The notes under the pieces were generated by a model. The model was not told where the DNA came from and did no database searches. It saw only the letters and a program-made list of their open reading frames with translations. Positions 15,990 through 17,009 of a DNA stretch of 17,009 bases are shown in pieces. The position numbers and the translations under genes were made by a program. Each line of letters starts with the position of its first letter. The first letter of the stretch is position 1. The stretch is from the NCBI GenBank assembly GCA_027053075.1, contig JALUEE010000029.1, forward strand, positions 1 to 17,009. Reading direction: 5' to 3'. The stretch comes from a candidate division WOR-3 bacterium. GTDB lineage: Bacteria; Hydrothermota; Hydrothermia; B15-G9; WFZT01.

Positions 15990-16029
15990 GGATTATTATA
16001 AATTTGTCGGGAGGTGAAGGTTTAAATTT

Positions 16030-17009
16030 ATGGACTCAACAAAGAGAATCGGTTATAAAGAAGAAAGATTTCCAATGCCTGACCTCCTTGTTGTCCAGGT
16101 GGAGTCCTTTAAGAAGTTTTTACAGAAGGATATTCCACCAAACAAGAGGTCTAAGGAAGGCCTGCAGGGCGTTTTCCTTGAGACATTCCCCATCGAAGAT
16201 ATTCATGGACGTTACGTAATCGAATTTGTTAGCTATAGAGTTGGTAACCCTAAATATTCACCTGACGAGTCAAAAGTCAAAAAACTCACATATTCTGTAC
16301 CCGTCTGGGTTACTTTAAGACTGTTGACCAAAGACCCCGAAAGCGGGCAGCTCAAAGAGGCTACCCAGCAAGAAGTGTATCTCTGCGATCTCCCTTATAT
16401 GACCGATAGAGGCACCTTCATAGTAAACGGGGTTGAAAGAGTAATTGTCAACCAGTTGCATCGTTCTCCCGGCGTTTACTTCGAAGCTGAATACAAGGGT
16501 ACAGCTGCACATAGGGCTCTTCTCGTGCCCTATAGAGGGCCCTGGATTGAATTCACGATTGATGGAACCAAGGTCTTTGGAATTACTATTTCCAAGAGAA
16601 GAAGAATACCTATCACAAGGTTTCTCAGGGCTTTTGGCTACAATACCGTCGAGAAGATGCTCGAGGTCCTCTTTGGGGAGCTGATTGAGAAGAAGAAGGT
16701 CATTGACCTTGAGCCAGAAGTGTATGTCCTCGCCGAAGATATAGTTGATCCAGAAACAGATGAGGTTTTGTTTGAGGCAGGCACCGTTATTGACGAAGAC
16801 GTTAAAAACAAGATAATCTCCCGCTTGATTGATGAAGTTAGAGTTTTGAATATAAACGAGACCGGAGCCGACGTATTCCTTGCCACGCTGAGACAGGACA
16901 GGATTAAGGACGAGCTCAATGCACTTGGAAATATTTACAGAACTCTCCGTTATACACCACCTAAGGATGAGCAGGAAGCAAGACAGTACATCCACGATTT
17001 CTTCTTCTC
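16030..17009 (+). CDS. rpoB: DNA-directed RNA polymerase beta subunit, 3'-truncated (not in ORF track)
   Basis: Manual translation MDSTKRIGYKEERFPMPDLLVVQVESFKKFLQ...GLQGVFLETFPIED...DLPYMTDRGTFIVNGVERVIVNQLHRSPGVYF...PYRGPWIEF. The frame is open to the window end. An in-frame TGA at 16015 makes 16030 the most upstream possible ATG. Confidence 0.97.
   Translation, partial: MDSTKRIGYKEERFPMPDLLVVQVESFKKFLQKDIPPNKRSKEGLQGVFLETFPIEDIHGRYVIEFVSYRVGNPKYSPDESKVKKLTYSVPVWVTLRLLTKDPESGQLKEATQQEVYLCDLPYMTDRGTFIVNGVERVIVNQLHRSPGVYFEAEYKGTAAHRALLVPYRGPWIEFTIDGTKVFGITISKRRRIPITRFLRAFGYNTVEKMLEVLFGELIEKKKVIDLEPEVYVLAEDIVDPETDEVLFEAGTVIDEDVKNKIISRLIDEVRVLNINETGADVFLATLRQDRIKDELNALGNIYRTLRYTPPKDEQEARQYIHDFFF

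Noticed and set aside
16315..16995. 226-aa minus-strand ORF and other ORFs in 16004-16995
   Set aside because: They are antisense or off-frame shadows of rpoB, which is open in another frame, and show no protein-like motifs.
1..17009. CRISPR array, IS element, intein or programmed frameshift
   Set aside because: I saw no regularly spaced repeats, transposase motifs, in-frame insertions or broken frames.

Overview
Chromosomal window from a diderm bacterium (it has waaA and ddl). It is probably thermophilic and possibly of the WOR-3/FCB lineage; this is an inference from protein style and was not verified. In order it contains: a 5'-truncated PepSY-associated TM-helix membrane protein, aconitase A (-), and an AT-rich type II restriction-modification module (a beta-class amino-methyltransferase with a C-terminal thermonuclease-like extension, plus an MjaI-family endonuclease). 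Next come a lipoprotein-mtaD-waaA operon (-), a divergent plsY-like/ddl pair (+), and two ferritin/rubrerythrin-like genes (-), one fused to a desulforedoxin domain with a Cys3His site. A ~540 bp intergenic region follows, holding an operator-like palindrome and a GC-rich mirror/hairpin element. The window ends with the tRNA-Trp-rpmG-secE-nusG-rplK-rplA-rplJ-rplL-rpoB cluster (rpoB is 3'-truncated). The ORF track misses rpmG, rpoB and the tRNA. I found no clearly new multi-gene system. The best leads are the MTase-SNase-like fusion together with an apparent total absence of CTAG, the Cys3His desulforedoxin-ferritin pair with its operator, a motif-degenerate PlsY, and overlapping divergent promoters that appear to give leaderless mRNAs.
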